DNA of 64,000 bases from Candidatus Tepidifontimicrobium thermophilum (GTDB taxonomy: Bacteria; Sysuimicrobiota; Sysuimicrobiia; Sysuimicrobiales; Sysuimicrobiaceae): assembly GCA_031459915.1 (NCBI GenBank), contig JAVKHO010000005.1:32806-96805 (forward strand), given 5' to 3'. A program made the position numbers and the translations under genes. Within the stretch, counting starts at the first letter, position 1. The number at the start of each line of letters is the position of its first letter. Below the pieces are notes generated by a model. It worked only from the letters and a program-made list of their open reading frames with translations, was not told where the DNA came from and searched no databases. Below, piece after piece: positions 18,281-27,878 of this stretch.

Positions 18281-18816
18281 GCGGCGTGGTGCAGGGGGAG
18301 GAGCTGGTGCGGGTCGGTAGCGGGGACCCGGACTACCACGCGGCGGTGGACTTCCTTCACCAGGAGGCGGAACTGCTGGACGCGCGGCGGTGGCGCGACT
18401 GGCTGGCGTTGCTGGCGGAGGACGTCACGTACGAGATGCCGGTGCGGGTCACCCGGGCCCGCACCCTGGAGGACAGCACGCTGGCGGACATGGACCACTT
18501 CCGTGAGGACCGGTTCGCCCTGCAGAAGCGGGTGGAGCGGCTGGAGACGGAGTACGCGTGGACGGAAGACCCCCCGTCCCGGACACGGCACTTCGTGACC
18601 AACGTGCAGGTGTTCCGCGCGGCTTCCGGAGACCTCGTGGTGAAGTCCTACCTGCTCCTGTTCCGGAGCCGCGGGGACACCCGACCTCCGGAGTGGGTGT
18701 GCGGGGAGCGCACGGACCGGCTGCGGCGCACCCCCGAAGGGCTGAGGTTGGTGCACCGGCGGCTGGTGGTGGACGAGTCGGTGCTGCGCACCCAGAACCT
18801 GGCCATCTTCCTGTGA
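18277..18816 (+). CDS. Ring-hydroxylating dioxygenase beta subunit
   Basis: FLHQEAELLD..RW.DWL, WTEDPPSRTRHFVTNV, C-terminal QNLAIFL. Confidence 0.93.
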   Translation: MSGVVQGEELVRVGSGDPDYHAAVDFLHQEAELLDARRWRDWLALLAEDVTYEMPVRVTRARTLEDSTLADMDHFREDRFALQKRVERLETEYAWTEDPPSRTRHFVTNVQVFRAASGDLVVKSYLLLFRSRGDTRPPEWVCGERTDRLRRTPEGLRLVHRRLVVDESVLRTQNLAIFL

Positions 18817-19055
18817 GGCGGACCGTGCGGAGGACCGCGGAGGACGCGCTGGAGTTCGAGCTGGCGAACGAGTTCGCGGTGGTGCGGGTCCGCCGGCGCC
18901 GGACCCGCAACGGAGAGCGGCTGGAGATCGAGGCCCCGCGCCTGGGGCGGCGCATCTCCCTCTGCCCGCTGGAGCTCGAGAGCCTGACCTGGCAGACTCC
19001 GGAGACCTTCTCACGGTTCCTAAGCGCTCCCTTCGGCCCCGAGGAGGGGGACTGA
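18813..19055 (+). CDS. Small conserved protein (80 aa) of dioxygenase clusters, function unknown
   Basis: GTGA overlap with the beta subunit. ANEFA.V...TRNGERLEI...LELESLTWQ resembles small ORFs I recall from actinobacterial arene dioxygenase clusters. Confidence 0.7.
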   Translation: MRRTVRRTAEDALEFELANEFAVVRVRRRRTRNGERLEIEAPRLGRRISLCPLELESLTWQTPETFSRFLSAPFGPEEGD

Positions 19056-19059
19056 GACG

Positions 19060-19845
19060 TTGGGCTGGCTGGACGGCAGGGTGGCCCTCGTGGTGGGAGG
19101 AGGAGGCGGCATCGGGCGCGCGGTGGTGGACGCCTTCGTGGCGGAGGGTGCGCGGGTGGGGGTGCTGGAGATCGACCCCGACCGAGCCGGCCAGCTGCGG
19201 GTCCACGGGGACCGCGTGTGCGTGGTGGTGGGCGACGCCACCCGGTGGGAGGACAACGTGCGGGCGGTGGCGGCCACCGTGGAAGCGTTCGGCGGGCTGC
19301 ACGTCCTGGCGACTTTCGTGGGTGTGTTTGACTTCTACACGAGATTGGAGGACATCCCCGCGGAGCGGCTGCCGGAGGCCTGCGAGGAGATCTTCCACGT
19401 CAACGTGGCCAGCTACCTGTTGAGCGCCAAGGCGGCCCTGCCGGAGCTGCTGCAGCGGCCGGGCAGCAGCATGGTGTTCACCGTGTCCACCTCGGGCTTC
19501 TACCCGGGTCGGGGCGGCGTGCTGTACGTGGCGTCGAAGTTCGCGGTGCGGGGGCTGGTGGTCCAGCTGGCCCACGAGCTGGCGCCCCGGGTGCGGGTGA
19601 ACGGGGTGGCTCCCGGCGGCACCCTGGGGACGTCCATGCGGGGTCTCCGGGCCCTGGGTCTGTCGCACCGCCGGTTGGCTGACCAGCCGGGCCGGGAGGA
19701 GGAGCTGCGGAGCCGCACGCCGCTGCGGGTGGCGCTGCGGCCGGAGGACCACGCGGCGGCCTACGTGTACCTGGCCTCCGACCGGTCGCGGGGTGTTACG
19801 GGGACGATTCTGCACTCCGACGGTGGGATCGGGGTGCGAGGGTAG
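19060..19845 (+). CDS. cis-dihydrodiol dehydrogenase (SDR, BphB/HcaB/NarB-like)
   Basis: GGGGGIG, GGVLYVASK(F)AVRGLV.QLAHELAPRVRVNGVAPGG, and position after alpha/beta. Confidence 0.88.
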   Translation: MGWLDGRVALVVGGGGGIGRAVVDAFVAEGARVGVLEIDPDRAGQLRVHGDRVCVVVGDATRWEDNVRAVAATVEAFGGLHVLATFVGVFDFYTRLEDIPAERLPEACEEIFHVNVASYLLSAKAALPELLQRPGSSMVFTVSTSGFYPGRGGVLYVASKFAVRGLVVQLAHELAPRVRVNGVAPGGTLGTSMRGLRALGLSHRRLADQPGREEELRSRTPLRVALRPEDHAAAYVYLASDRSRGVTGTILHSDGGIGVRG

Positions 19846-19855
19846 GAGGGGAGCC

Positions 19856-20572
19856 GTGAGCGCGGAAGGGGTCCGTTCGCTGGTAGCCCTGGCCTCCCGG
19901 GTTCTGGGCTTGGAGGACCACGGGGACCTCGTGTGGGGCCACGTGTCGGTTCGGGACCCCTCGGGACGCGGCGTGTGGATGAAGGCGGCAGGATGGGGGT
20001 TCGAGGAGGTGGATGCGGACCGGGTCCTCCTGGTGGGCTGGGAGGGGGAGGTGCTGGAAGGGTCGGGCCGCCGGCACGCGGAGTACCCCATCCACACGGA
20101 GGTCATGCGGGCGCGGCCCGACGTGCAGTGTGTGGTGCACACCCACGCGCCCGCGGCGGTGGCGTTCGCGTCCCTGGGCGAGCCGTTGCGGCCGATCTCC
20201 CACGAGGGGACCTTCTTCGTGCCGCCGGACATCGTCCGCTTCACCCTGACCGGGGATCTGATCCTCACGCGCGAGCTGGGGGAGGCCCTGGCGCAGACCC
20301 TGGGGGATCGGAACGCGGCGCTGCTGGTCCACCACGGGATCGTCACCGTGGGCCCGGACGTGCCGACCGCGGTGGTGGGCGCCCTCCTTCTGGAGCGGGC
20401 CTGCCGCAAGCAGCTCATGGCCATGGCCGCGGGTCCCCTGCGGACGTGGTCCAGCGACGAGGAGGCGCTGCGCAAGCGGGAGCACTGCTATCCGCCGGAA
20501 CTGATCCGGCAGGCGTGGGAGTACCTGGTGCGCCGGGTCCACGCGCGGAGCCAGACCCCGGTGCCGGCGTGA
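19856..20572 (+). CDS. Class II aldolase/adducin family protein 1
   Basis: GHVSVR, EYPIH.EV..ARPDV..VVHTH, LLVHHG. Confidence 0.85.
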   Translation: MSAEGVRSLVALASRVLGLEDHGDLVWGHVSVRDPSGRGVWMKAAGWGFEEVDADRVLLVGWEGEVLEGSGRRHAEYPIHTEVMRARPDVQCVVHTHAPAAVAFASLGEPLRPISHEGTFFVPPDIVRFTLTGDLILTRELGEALAQTLGDRNAALLVHHGIVTVGPDVPTAVVGALLLERACRKQLMAMAAGPLRTWSSDEEALRKREHCYPPELIRQAWEYLVRRVHARSQTPVPA

Positions 20573-20584
20573 GGGGGTGAGGTC

Positions 20585-22114
20585 ATGCTGGAGGTCAGCG
20601 CGCGGCCCATGACGGGCCAGGAGTATCTGGAGAGCCTTCGGGACGGCCGGGAGGTGTACATCCACGGCGAGCGGGTTCGCGACGTCACCACGCACCCCGC
20701 CTTCCGGAACGCCGCCCGCTCCATCGCGCGGCTGTACGACGCGCTGCACGACCCCGAATACCGGGACGTGTTGACCGGCCGGGACCGGTTCGGGCTGCTC
20801 ACCCACAAGTTCTTCAAACCCAGCTACGCGCCGCAGGAACTACTGGAGGCCCGCGACGCGATCGCCTGCTGGGCCCGGCTCACCTACGGGTTCATGGGCC
20901 GCACCCCGGACTACAAGGCGTCCTTCATGGCTACCCTGGGCGCGGCGCCGGAGTTCTACGAGCCGTTCACGGACAACGCGGCCCGCTGGTACCGGGAGTA
21001 CGCGTCCCGGGTGCTGTTCCTGAACCACTGCCTGGTGAACCCGCCCGTGGACCGGACCAAGAAGGCCCACGAGGTGGAGGACGTGTTCCTGAGGGTGGTG
21101 CGGGAGACGGACGGCGGGATCGTGGTCAGCGGGGCCAAGATGCTGGCCACCGCTTCCGCCCTGACCCACGCCACCTTCGTGGCGCAGAACAGCGCCAGCG
21201 CGGCCATGCTGGAGAAGGGCAAAGCGGAGGACTACGCCCTGGTGTTCATCGCGCCCATGGACACCCGGGGCCAGAAGCTCATCAGCCGCCCCTCCTACGA
21301 GCTGCGGGCCGAAAGCCCCTTCGACCACCCGCTCTCGAGCCGCTTCGACGAGAACGACGCGGTGCTGATCTACGACAACGCGTTCATCCCGTGGGAGCAC
21401 GTGCTGGTGTACCGGGACGTGGACAAGGCGCAGCAGTTCTACGCGGCGTCCGGCTTTCTCAACCGCTACAACCTTCAGGCGAGCACGCGCCTGGCGGTCA
21501 AGCTGGACTTCATGTGCGGCCTTCTGGCCAAGGCCCTGGCGGCCAACGGCACGGACGGCTTCCGGGGGGTGCAGGCGCAGCTGGGGGAGGTGATCGGGTG
21601 GCGGAACCTGGTGTGGGCCATGACCTCCGCCATGGCCCTGGACCCCCAGCCCGGGCCGGGCGGCACCGTGATCCCCAGGCTGGAGTACGCGGCCACCGCG
21701 CGGCTGTTCGCCACCCTGGCGTGGCCGCGGGTGAAGGAGATCTTCGAGCTGGTATTGGGCGGCAGCCCCCTGTACACCGTGTCCAGCTACCGGGACCTGC
21801 TGAGCCCGGAGCTGCGGCCGTTGGTGGACCGGTACTACCGTGGCACGGGGATGCCCGCGGAGGAGCGCGTGAAGCTGTTCAAGCTGGTGTGGGACGCCAT
21901 CGGCAGCGAGTTCGGAGGCCGCCACGAACTGTACGAACGCAACTACTCGGGCAACCACGAGCAGATGCGGCTGGACCTGTTGACCTTCGCCCGCAACCGG
22001 GGGCTGCTGGACGCCTTCGTGGCCCTGGTGGACCGCTGCCTGAACGACTACGACCTGAACGGGTGGCGGGCGGACACGTGGGTGTGGGACCGACCGGCGG
22101 AAGCTCAAGGATGA
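20585..22114 (+). CDS. Two-component flavin monooxygenase oxygenase subunit (HpaB/PheA1 family)
   Basis: MTGQEYLESLRDGREVYI.GERV.DVTTHPAF, GFMGRTPDYKA, SRFDENDA, SEFGGRHELYERNYSG. Confidence 0.92.
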   Translation: MLEVSARPMTGQEYLESLRDGREVYIHGERVRDVTTHPAFRNAARSIARLYDALHDPEYRDVLTGRDRFGLLTHKFFKPSYAPQELLEARDAIACWARLTYGFMGRTPDYKASFMATLGAAPEFYEPFTDNAARWYREYASRVLFLNHCLVNPPVDRTKKAHEVEDVFLRVVRETDGGIVVSGAKMLATASALTHATFVAQNSASAAMLEKGKAEDYALVFIAPMDTRGQKLISRPSYELRAESPFDHPLSSRFDENDAVLIYDNAFIPWEHVLVYRDVDKAQQFYAASGFLNRYNLQASTRLAVKLDFMCGLLAKALAANGTDGFRGVQAQLGEVIGWRNLVWAMTSAMALDPQPGPGGTVIPRLEYAATARLFATLAWPRVKEIFELVLGGSPLYTVSSYRDLLSPELRPLVDRYYRGTGMPAEERVKLFKLVWDAIGSEFGGRHELYERNYSGNHEQMRLDLLTFARNRGLLDAFVALVDRCLNDYDLNGWRADTWVWDRPAEAQG

Positions 22115-22848
22115 CGGAGCTCCAGATCCGCCAGGAGGTGTTCGCGGCCTGTCGGGTGCTGGTGGGCGAGGGCTTGGTAGAGGCCTACGGCCACGTGAGC
22201 GCGCGGCTGCCCGACTCTCCGTGCGTCGTGGTGACGCCCCGCGTCGCGCCGTCGCTGTTGCGGGGTCCGGAGGACCTGCTGGTGGTGGACCTGGACGGCC
22301 GACGTGTGGAGGGGGAGGGGGAGCCGCCCCTGGAGGTGTGGATGCACACGGAGGTGTACCGGCGACGGCCCGACGTGGGGGCCCTGTGCCGGACCCACAG
22401 CTTCGCGGCCACCGCGTGGAGTACGCTGGGCGAGCCGCTGCGACCGGTGCACGGCTTTGGAGCCTTCCTGGGCGTGGAGGTTCCGGTGTTCCAGACCCCC
22501 TTTCTGATCACCAACCCGGAACTGGGCCGCGCGGTGGCAGAAGTCCTGGGATCCGGAGAAGCCGTGCTGCTGCGGGGCAACGGCCAGTTAGTGGCCGGCC
22601 GCAGCGTGGCTGAGGCGTGCGTCAAGGCGGTGTTCCTGGAACAGTCCGCGCGGCTGCACCTAGCCGCGCGGGCCGCGGGCCGTCCCGTGGTGTGGACCCC
22701 GGAGGAGGTGGCACGCCGGACCGGCCCCGACGTGCCGTACGACCACTTCGGTCGCGCCTGGGCCTACTACCGGGCCAAACACGCAGCGCCGAGCTCGCGG
22801 CCGCGCACCGGCCGGCGGCGCGGGACGGCTTCTGCGGGGCAGGAGTGA
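22111..22848 (+). CDS. Class II aldolase/adducin family protein 2 (degenerate metal site)
   Basis: GHVSAR and PPLE..MH..VY.RRPDV are present, but RTH replaces HTH and RGNG replaces xNHG. Confidence 0.8.
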   Translation: MTELQIRQEVFAACRVLVGEGLVEAYGHVSARLPDSPCVVVTPRVAPSLLRGPEDLLVVDLDGRRVEGEGEPPLEVWMHTEVYRRRPDVGALCRTHSFAATAWSTLGEPLRPVHGFGAFLGVEVPVFQTPFLITNPELGRAVAEVLGSGEAVLLRGNGQLVAGRSVAEACVKAVFLEQSARLHLAARAAGRPVVWTPEEVARRTGPDVPYDHFGRAWAYYRAKHAAPSSRPRTGRRRGTASAGQE

Positions 22849-24050
22849 TCGACCGGTGGCGCTGGCTCGCGCTGCCCTTCTGTGCCCTGGCACTGACCAT
22901 GGGGATCCGGGGTGCCTTCGGTGTCTACGTGCTCCCGTGGGAGGCGGAGTTCGCCTCCACGCGGGCGGAGATCGCTTCGGTCTCCTCCCTCAGCTTTCTC
23001 GTGTACGGGCTGGGGAACGTGGTGGCGGGAGTGGCGGCGGAGCGGTTGGGCGTAGGGGCTGTCACGGCCGCCAGCCTGTCGCTGGTGGCGTTGGGCCTGC
23101 TGGGAAGCGCCGCGTCAGCCGGGCTTGGCTGGCTGTACCTGTTCTACGGGCTGGTGGCCTCCGCAGGGTTTGCGGGTGCTTCCCACGTGACCGCCTCCGT
23201 CGCGGTGCGCCAGCGCTTCCCGGAAGGGCGGCGGAGCTTCGCCCTGTCGGTGGTGGTGGCGGGAATGTGTGCAGGGCAGATGGTGGTGGTGCCGGCGCAG
23301 GTCCTGGCGGTGGGGCGCTGGGGCTGGAGGCCCGTCCTCGCCGCCCTCGCGGGTGTGGCGGTGGGGCTGGCGGTAGCCGCAGGGGCGAGCTGGAAGTCGT
23401 GGGGCGGGAGTCCATCACCTCGGACGGCCTCTGGCCCGGAGAGCGCCCGGGGGGCCGGTGCTTTGCTGCGGGACTTCTGGTTCTGGGTGTTCCTGGCGCC
23501 CTACCTGGTGTGCGGGTTCACCGACTCCGGGCTGGTGGACAACCACCTGGTGCCGTATGCCCGGAGCCTCGGCGCGTCGGAGGCCACCGTCGCCGGCGCC
23601 CTTTCGGTGCTGGCGGTCAGCAACCTGGCGGGCACGGTCGCCGCAGGCTACCTGGCGGACCGGTGGGGCAGGGCGCGGGTGCTGGGGGGACTGTACGCCC
23701 TGCGCGCCGCGTCCCTTCTGCTGTTGGTGACGGGCAGCGTGGGAAGGCTGTGGGCGTTCGCGCCCCTGTTCGGCGCCACCCACTTCGCCACCATCGCGCC
23801 CACCAACACCCTGGCCCTGACCCTGTTCCACGCGTCCGCACCCGGACTGGCGGTGGGGCTGGCGTCCTTGGCCCATCAGGTGGGCGCGGCAGCCGGGGCG
23901 TTGGTCGGGGGATTGGCCTTCGACCGACTGGGGAGCTACGAACCCGCGTTTCTGTCCGCGGTGGCGCTCCTCGTGGCCTCCGCTGCCGCGATGGAATGGA
24001 TCCACCGCGCGAGGCGGTCTGGGCTGCGGTGGAGCACCCATGGGACATGA
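22845..24050 (+). CDS. MFS transporter
   Basis: About 12 TM segments, GYLADRWGR, HQVGAA.G...GG..FD..GSY. Confidence 0.85.
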   Translation: MIDRWRWLALPFCALALTMGIRGAFGVYVLPWEAEFASTRAEIASVSSLSFLVYGLGNVVAGVAAERLGVGAVTAASLSLVALGLLGSAASAGLGWLYLFYGLVASAGFAGASHVTASVAVRQRFPEGRRSFALSVVVAGMCAGQMVVVPAQVLAVGRWGWRPVLAALAGVAVGLAVAAGASWKSWGGSPSPRTASGPESARGAGALLRDFWFWVFLAPYLVCGFTDSGLVDNHLVPYARSLGASEATVAGALSVLAVSNLAGTVAAGYLADRWGRARVLGGLYALRAASLLLLVTGSVGRLWAFAPLFGATHFATIAPTNTLALTLFHASAPGLAVGLASLAHQVGAAAGALVGGLAFDRLGSYEPAFLSAVALLVASAAAMEWIHRARRSGLRWSTHGT

Positions 24051-24075
24051 GGGCGGCTGGAAGGGGGGAAGGACC

Positions 24076-25086
24076 GTGCGGAAGGCCAAGGTACTCGTGG
24101 GGTGCCTGCTGGTGCTGTGGCTGGGGGCGACGGCTCTCGGGCAGGGGCCTTCGGACGTGGTGGCCGCGGCCCGACGGGAGGGCCGGGTGGTGGTGTACGG
24201 GTCCATGGAGTCCGACATCTTCGAGGTGGTGCGGAAGATCTACGAGGGCCGCTACGCGGTGCCCGTGGAGTACTGGCGCGCTCCGAACACGCGAGTCCTG
24301 GATCGCGTACTGACCGAGGTCCGGACCGGCCGGGTGGGGTTCGATGTGGTGCTGACCAACGCTGCGGCCATGAAGCTCATGAAACGGCACGGAGCGTTCA
24401 CCCGCTACGCGTCCCCGTCCTACGAAGCCTTCCCCCGCGGGAGCCACGACCCCGACGGTGTGCTGTCCCCCGCTTACCGGCTCACGCCCATCAGCATCGT
24501 GTTCAACAGCCGGCAGTTGCGGCCTCAAGATGTGCCCCGCAGTGTGCTGGACCTGGCGGAACCCCGGTGGCGGGGACGGGTGCTGCTGGCAGACCCCACG
24601 GTGAACGTGATCCCGGCCACCTGGCTGCTGGGTCTGCGCAGGCAGCTGGGAGAAGCGTGGCGGCCCTTCGTGGAGCGCCTGGCCGCCAACTCGGCCCTGG
24701 TGGAGTCCGTGCTGGAGGTGGCCCAGAAGGTGATCGCGGGCGAATACCCGGTCGGGGTGTCCTTCATCAAGTACGTGCACCTCTTCGGCAAGGAGGGGGC
24801 ACCGCTGGACTACGTACGGCTGGACCCCGTCCTGGCGCTTCCCAGCCACGTGGCGGTGAGTAGCCGGGCGGCTCACCCGGCGGCGGCCAGGCTTTTCGTG
24901 GACACCCTCACCTCGCGGGCTGGACTGCTCGCCCTGGCGCAGGCGGGGGAGTTCGTCCTGGTTCCCGGCGTGTATCCGCCCATCAAGGACGCGGACAAGT
25001 TGCGGGTGTTGGTGCTGGACGAGCCCAGCGAGGAGGAGTTCCGCCGGGCCCGGGAGGAGTTCACCGCCCTGTTCCGCCGGCGCTGA
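24076..25086 (+). CDS. ABC substrate-binding protein 1 (Fe3+/thiamine/polyamine-type fold)
   Basis: AARREGRVVVYGS, DL.EPRWRG, AAHPAAARLFVD...S. Confidence 0.85.
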   Translation: MRKAKVLVGCLLVLWLGATALGQGPSDVVAAARREGRVVVYGSMESDIFEVVRKIYEGRYAVPVEYWRAPNTRVLDRVLTEVRTGRVGFDVVLTNAAAMKLMKRHGAFTRYASPSYEAFPRGSHDPDGVLSPAYRLTPISIVFNSRQLRPQDVPRSVLDLAEPRWRGRVLLADPTVNVIPATWLLGLRRQLGEAWRPFVERLAANSALVESVLEVAQKVIAGEYPVGVSFIKYVHLFGKEGAPLDYVRLDPVLALPSHVAVSSRAAHPAAARLFVDTLTSRAGLLALAQAGEFVLVPGVYPPIKDADKLRVLVLDEPSEEEFRRAREEFTALFRRR

Positions 25087-25098
25087 GGGGGGACCCGG

Positions 25099-26775
25099 GT
25101 GCGGGTACAGCAGACGCACGAGCGGGCCGCACGCGCGGTGCTGGAGGTCCTGCGGGCGCGGGGCGTCCGGACTGTGTTCGGGCTTCCCGGGAGCACGGAG
25201 GCGGCCCTTCTGGACGCTTTCAGGCAGACCCCCGACCTGCGCTACGTCCTGGCCCTTCAGGAAGGCGTGGCGGTGGCGATGGCGGACGGCTACGCGCGGG
25301 CGGGCGAGGGTGTGGGGGTGGTGAACCTGCACACCACCGTGGGCACCCTGGCAGGGCTCAGCCTGCTGTACAACGCGTGGCGGGACCGGGTTCCCCTGGT
25401 GGTGCTGGCGTCCCACAAGGACACCCGGATCCTGGGCCGGGGGGGATTCACCTCGCTTCCGGACACCACGGCCCTGGTACGGCCCCTGTGCAAGTGGGCG
25501 CACCAGACCCTCCGGCCGGAGCAAGTGGCGGAGGACGTGGAGCGGGCGTTCCAGCAGGCCACCAGTTCCCCGCCAGGGCCTGCGTACGTGATGATTCCTG
25601 AGGATCTGCTGGCAGAGGCCTGCCCGTGGACGGCAGTTTCCCCTGCTCCGCGCGCCCTGCCGCCCAGAGCACACCCGGAGGCGGTGCGCGAGCTGGTGAG
25701 GCGGTTGTGGGAGTCGCGGCGGCCGGTGGTGGTGGCCGGCTCCCTCCTGGCGGACGCCGGCCGCGACCTGGCCGTTCGTCTGGCGCACCAGCTCGCCGCG
25801 CCCGTGCTGTGGGAACCGAGGCGGACCCTGGTGCAGGTCCCGTACCCGACCGAGGACCCGCACTTTGTCGGCAGCTACGACGCGCGACACCCTGCGGTGG
25901 CGGAAGCGGATCTGCTGCTTGTCCTGGGAGCGGTGCTGTTCGTCGAGTTCTCGCCCCCGCCAGCTCCGGAGATTCCCCCTCACGTGCAGCTGGTGCACGT
26001 GCACTCTGACGCTGCGGAGCTGGGCAGGCTGTACCCGCCTGCGCTGGCCGTTCACGCGGACCCCGCCCTGGTGGTCCAGGACGTTCTGGAGGTGATTTCC
26101 GCGTACCAGGACCCGCTGGACCGAGCCCGTGTGGAGCGTACCGCGTGGGTGGCGGAGCTGCGGGCCCGCTGGGAGGCGGACCGGCAATCCCTGGCGGCCC
26201 GCGAGGCGCGCAGCGGGCAACTGTCCGCTTACCAGGTGGGTGCGGCCCTCGGAAAGGTGGTGCCGCCCCACACGCTGGTGGTGGAGGAGGCCGTGCGGTC
26301 CTCCCCGGCCTTCCTGGAGGGCTACCCGGTGAGGCCGGGCGGCGTACTGCGGACGTCCGGCGGGTCCCTGGGGTGGGGCGTGCCCGCGGCCCTGGGGGCT
26401 CAGATGGCCGTTGCAGGTCGTCCCGTGGTGGCGGTGGTGGGCGACGGCTGCCTGCACTTCACCCCGCAAGCGTTGTGGACCGGCGTGCGACAGCAGCTCC
26501 CCGTGCTGGTGGTGGTGTTGAACAACCGGAAGTATCTGGCGGTGGAGGCAGGGGTGAGGCGGCTGTTGGGTGGCACCGTGGGGGAGGGGACCCCGGGGAT
26601 CGAGCTAGCGGGCATCGACCACGTGCAGGTTGCCGCGGGCTACGGCGCCGGCGGGTTCCGGGTGGAAAGCCGGGACCAGCTGGAAGACGTCCTGCGGGAG
26701 GGCTTCGCACGGGCCCATCAGGAGGGACGTCCGTACGTGGTGGACGTGCCGGTCCGCGACGAACCGGGCCCGTAG
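25099..26775 (+). CDS. ThDP-dependent decarboxylase, benzoylformate decarboxylase-like
   Basis: VFGLPGSTE, LQEGVAVAMADGYARA, NLH, GGSLGWG.PAA.G, GDG...NN. Confidence 0.85.
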   Translation: MRVQQTHERAARAVLEVLRARGVRTVFGLPGSTEAALLDAFRQTPDLRYVLALQEGVAVAMADGYARAGEGVGVVNLHTTVGTLAGLSLLYNAWRDRVPLVVLASHKDTRILGRGGFTSLPDTTALVRPLCKWAHQTLRPEQVAEDVERAFQQATSSPPGPAYVMIPEDLLAEACPWTAVSPAPRALPPRAHPEAVRELVRRLWESRRPVVVAGSLLADAGRDLAVRLAHQLAAPVLWEPRRTLVQVPYPTEDPHFVGSYDARHPAVAEADLLLVLGAVLFVEFSPPPAPEIPPHVQLVHVHSDAAELGRLYPPALAVHADPALVVQDVLEVISAYQDPLDRARVERTAWVAELRARWEADRQSLAAREARSGQLSAYQVGAALGKVVPPHTLVVEEAVRSSPAFLEGYPVRPGGVLRTSGGSLGWGVPAALGAQMAVAGRPVVAVVGDGCLHFTPQALWTGVRQQLPVLVVVLNNRKYLAVEAGVRRLLGGTVGEGTPGIELAGIDHVQVAAGYGAGGFRVESRDQLEDVLREGFARAHQEGRPYVVDVPVRDEPGP

Positions 26776-26788
26776 GAGGGGGTGGGTT

Positions 26789-27814
26789 GTGAACCGGACG
26801 CTGCGGAAGGTGTGGGCCGTCCTGGGGGGCGTCCTTCTGGCGGGGGCCCTGGCCCCGGCCACCGCTCAAGCCCCCTTTTCGGGAAAGACCGTCACCCTGC
26901 TGGTCGGGTTCCCTCCCGGCGGGGGGTACGACCGGCTCGCCCGGATCGTAGCGCGTCACCTCCCGCGGTACCTGCCAGGCAATCCCGCGGTGGTGGTGCA
27001 GAACATGCCCGGGGCAGGCAGCCTCATGGCCGCCAACCACCTGTACAACGTGCTGCGCTCGGACAGCTACACCCTGGGCCTGTTCAACCGGAACCTGGTG
27101 CTGGCTCAGCTGGCCGGAGTGGAAGGACTCCGGGTGGACGTCCGGCAGTGGCACTGGGTGGGCAGTCTGGCTCAGGAGACGTCGGTCCTCGCGGTGCGCT
27201 CCGAACTCCCGTACCGGCACGTGCTGGAGCTGCGACGTGCGGACCCACCGCCCGTCATCGGGGCCACCGGCACGGGCGACATCACCTACCAGGTCCCGCT
27301 GATGTACAAGGTCTTCCTCCGCCTCAACGTCCGGATCGTGACCGGCTACTCCGGGAGCCCGGAGATCTTCCTGGCCATCGAGAAGAAGGAAGCGGACGGC
27401 ATCGGCATCTCGTGGACCAGCCTCCGGCCCCACGCGCAGCGGGGTCTGTTGCGGCCGCTGCTGCGCAGCCTGCCGGGCACCCCCAGGGACCCGGAGCTGC
27501 GGGAGGTCCCCGTGGCGGGCGAGCTGGTCACAGACCCCGTGGGGCGCGGGGTGCTGCGCCTGCAGGACGTGCCGGACCGGATGGCGCGGGCGTTCGTGGC
27601 GCCACCGGGGGCGGACCCCACCGTGGTCAACCTGTACCGGGAGGCGTTCCGACGCATGGCCGCAGACCGCGAGTTCCTGTCCGAGGTCGAGCGGGCGGGG
27701 TTCGAGCCCGCCTTCCTGCCAGCGGAGCAGTGCCTGAGGCTGGTGGAGGAGGTGCTGCGGACGCCGGCGTCGGTGGTGCGGGTGTTCCGGGAGCTGTTCC
27801 GGTTCGGTGGCTAG
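26789..27814 (+). CDS. tctC: TctC/Bug substrate-binding protein 3
   Basis: GFPPGGGYDRLAR, VVVQNMPGAGS. Confidence 0.85.
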   Translation: MNRTLRKVWAVLGGVLLAGALAPATAQAPFSGKTVTLLVGFPPGGGYDRLARIVARHLPRYLPGNPAVVVQNMPGAGSLMAANHLYNVLRSDSYTLGLFNRNLVLAQLAGVEGLRVDVRQWHWVGSLAQETSVLAVRSELPYRHVLELRRADPPPVIGATGTGDITYQVPLMYKVFLRLNVRIVTGYSGSPEIFLAIEKKEADGIGISWTSLRPHAQRGLLRPLLRSLPGTPRDPELREVPVAGELVTDPVGRGVLRLQDVPDRMARAFVAPPGADPTVVNLYREAFRRMAADREFLSEVERAGFEPAFLPAEQCLRLVEEVLRTPASVVRVFRELFRFGG

Positions 27815-27878
27815 ACAGGCGCCTGGGCCGGGCACAGGACCTACGGAGGGAAACCCTGAGGGAGAGGGGGGAGACGGC

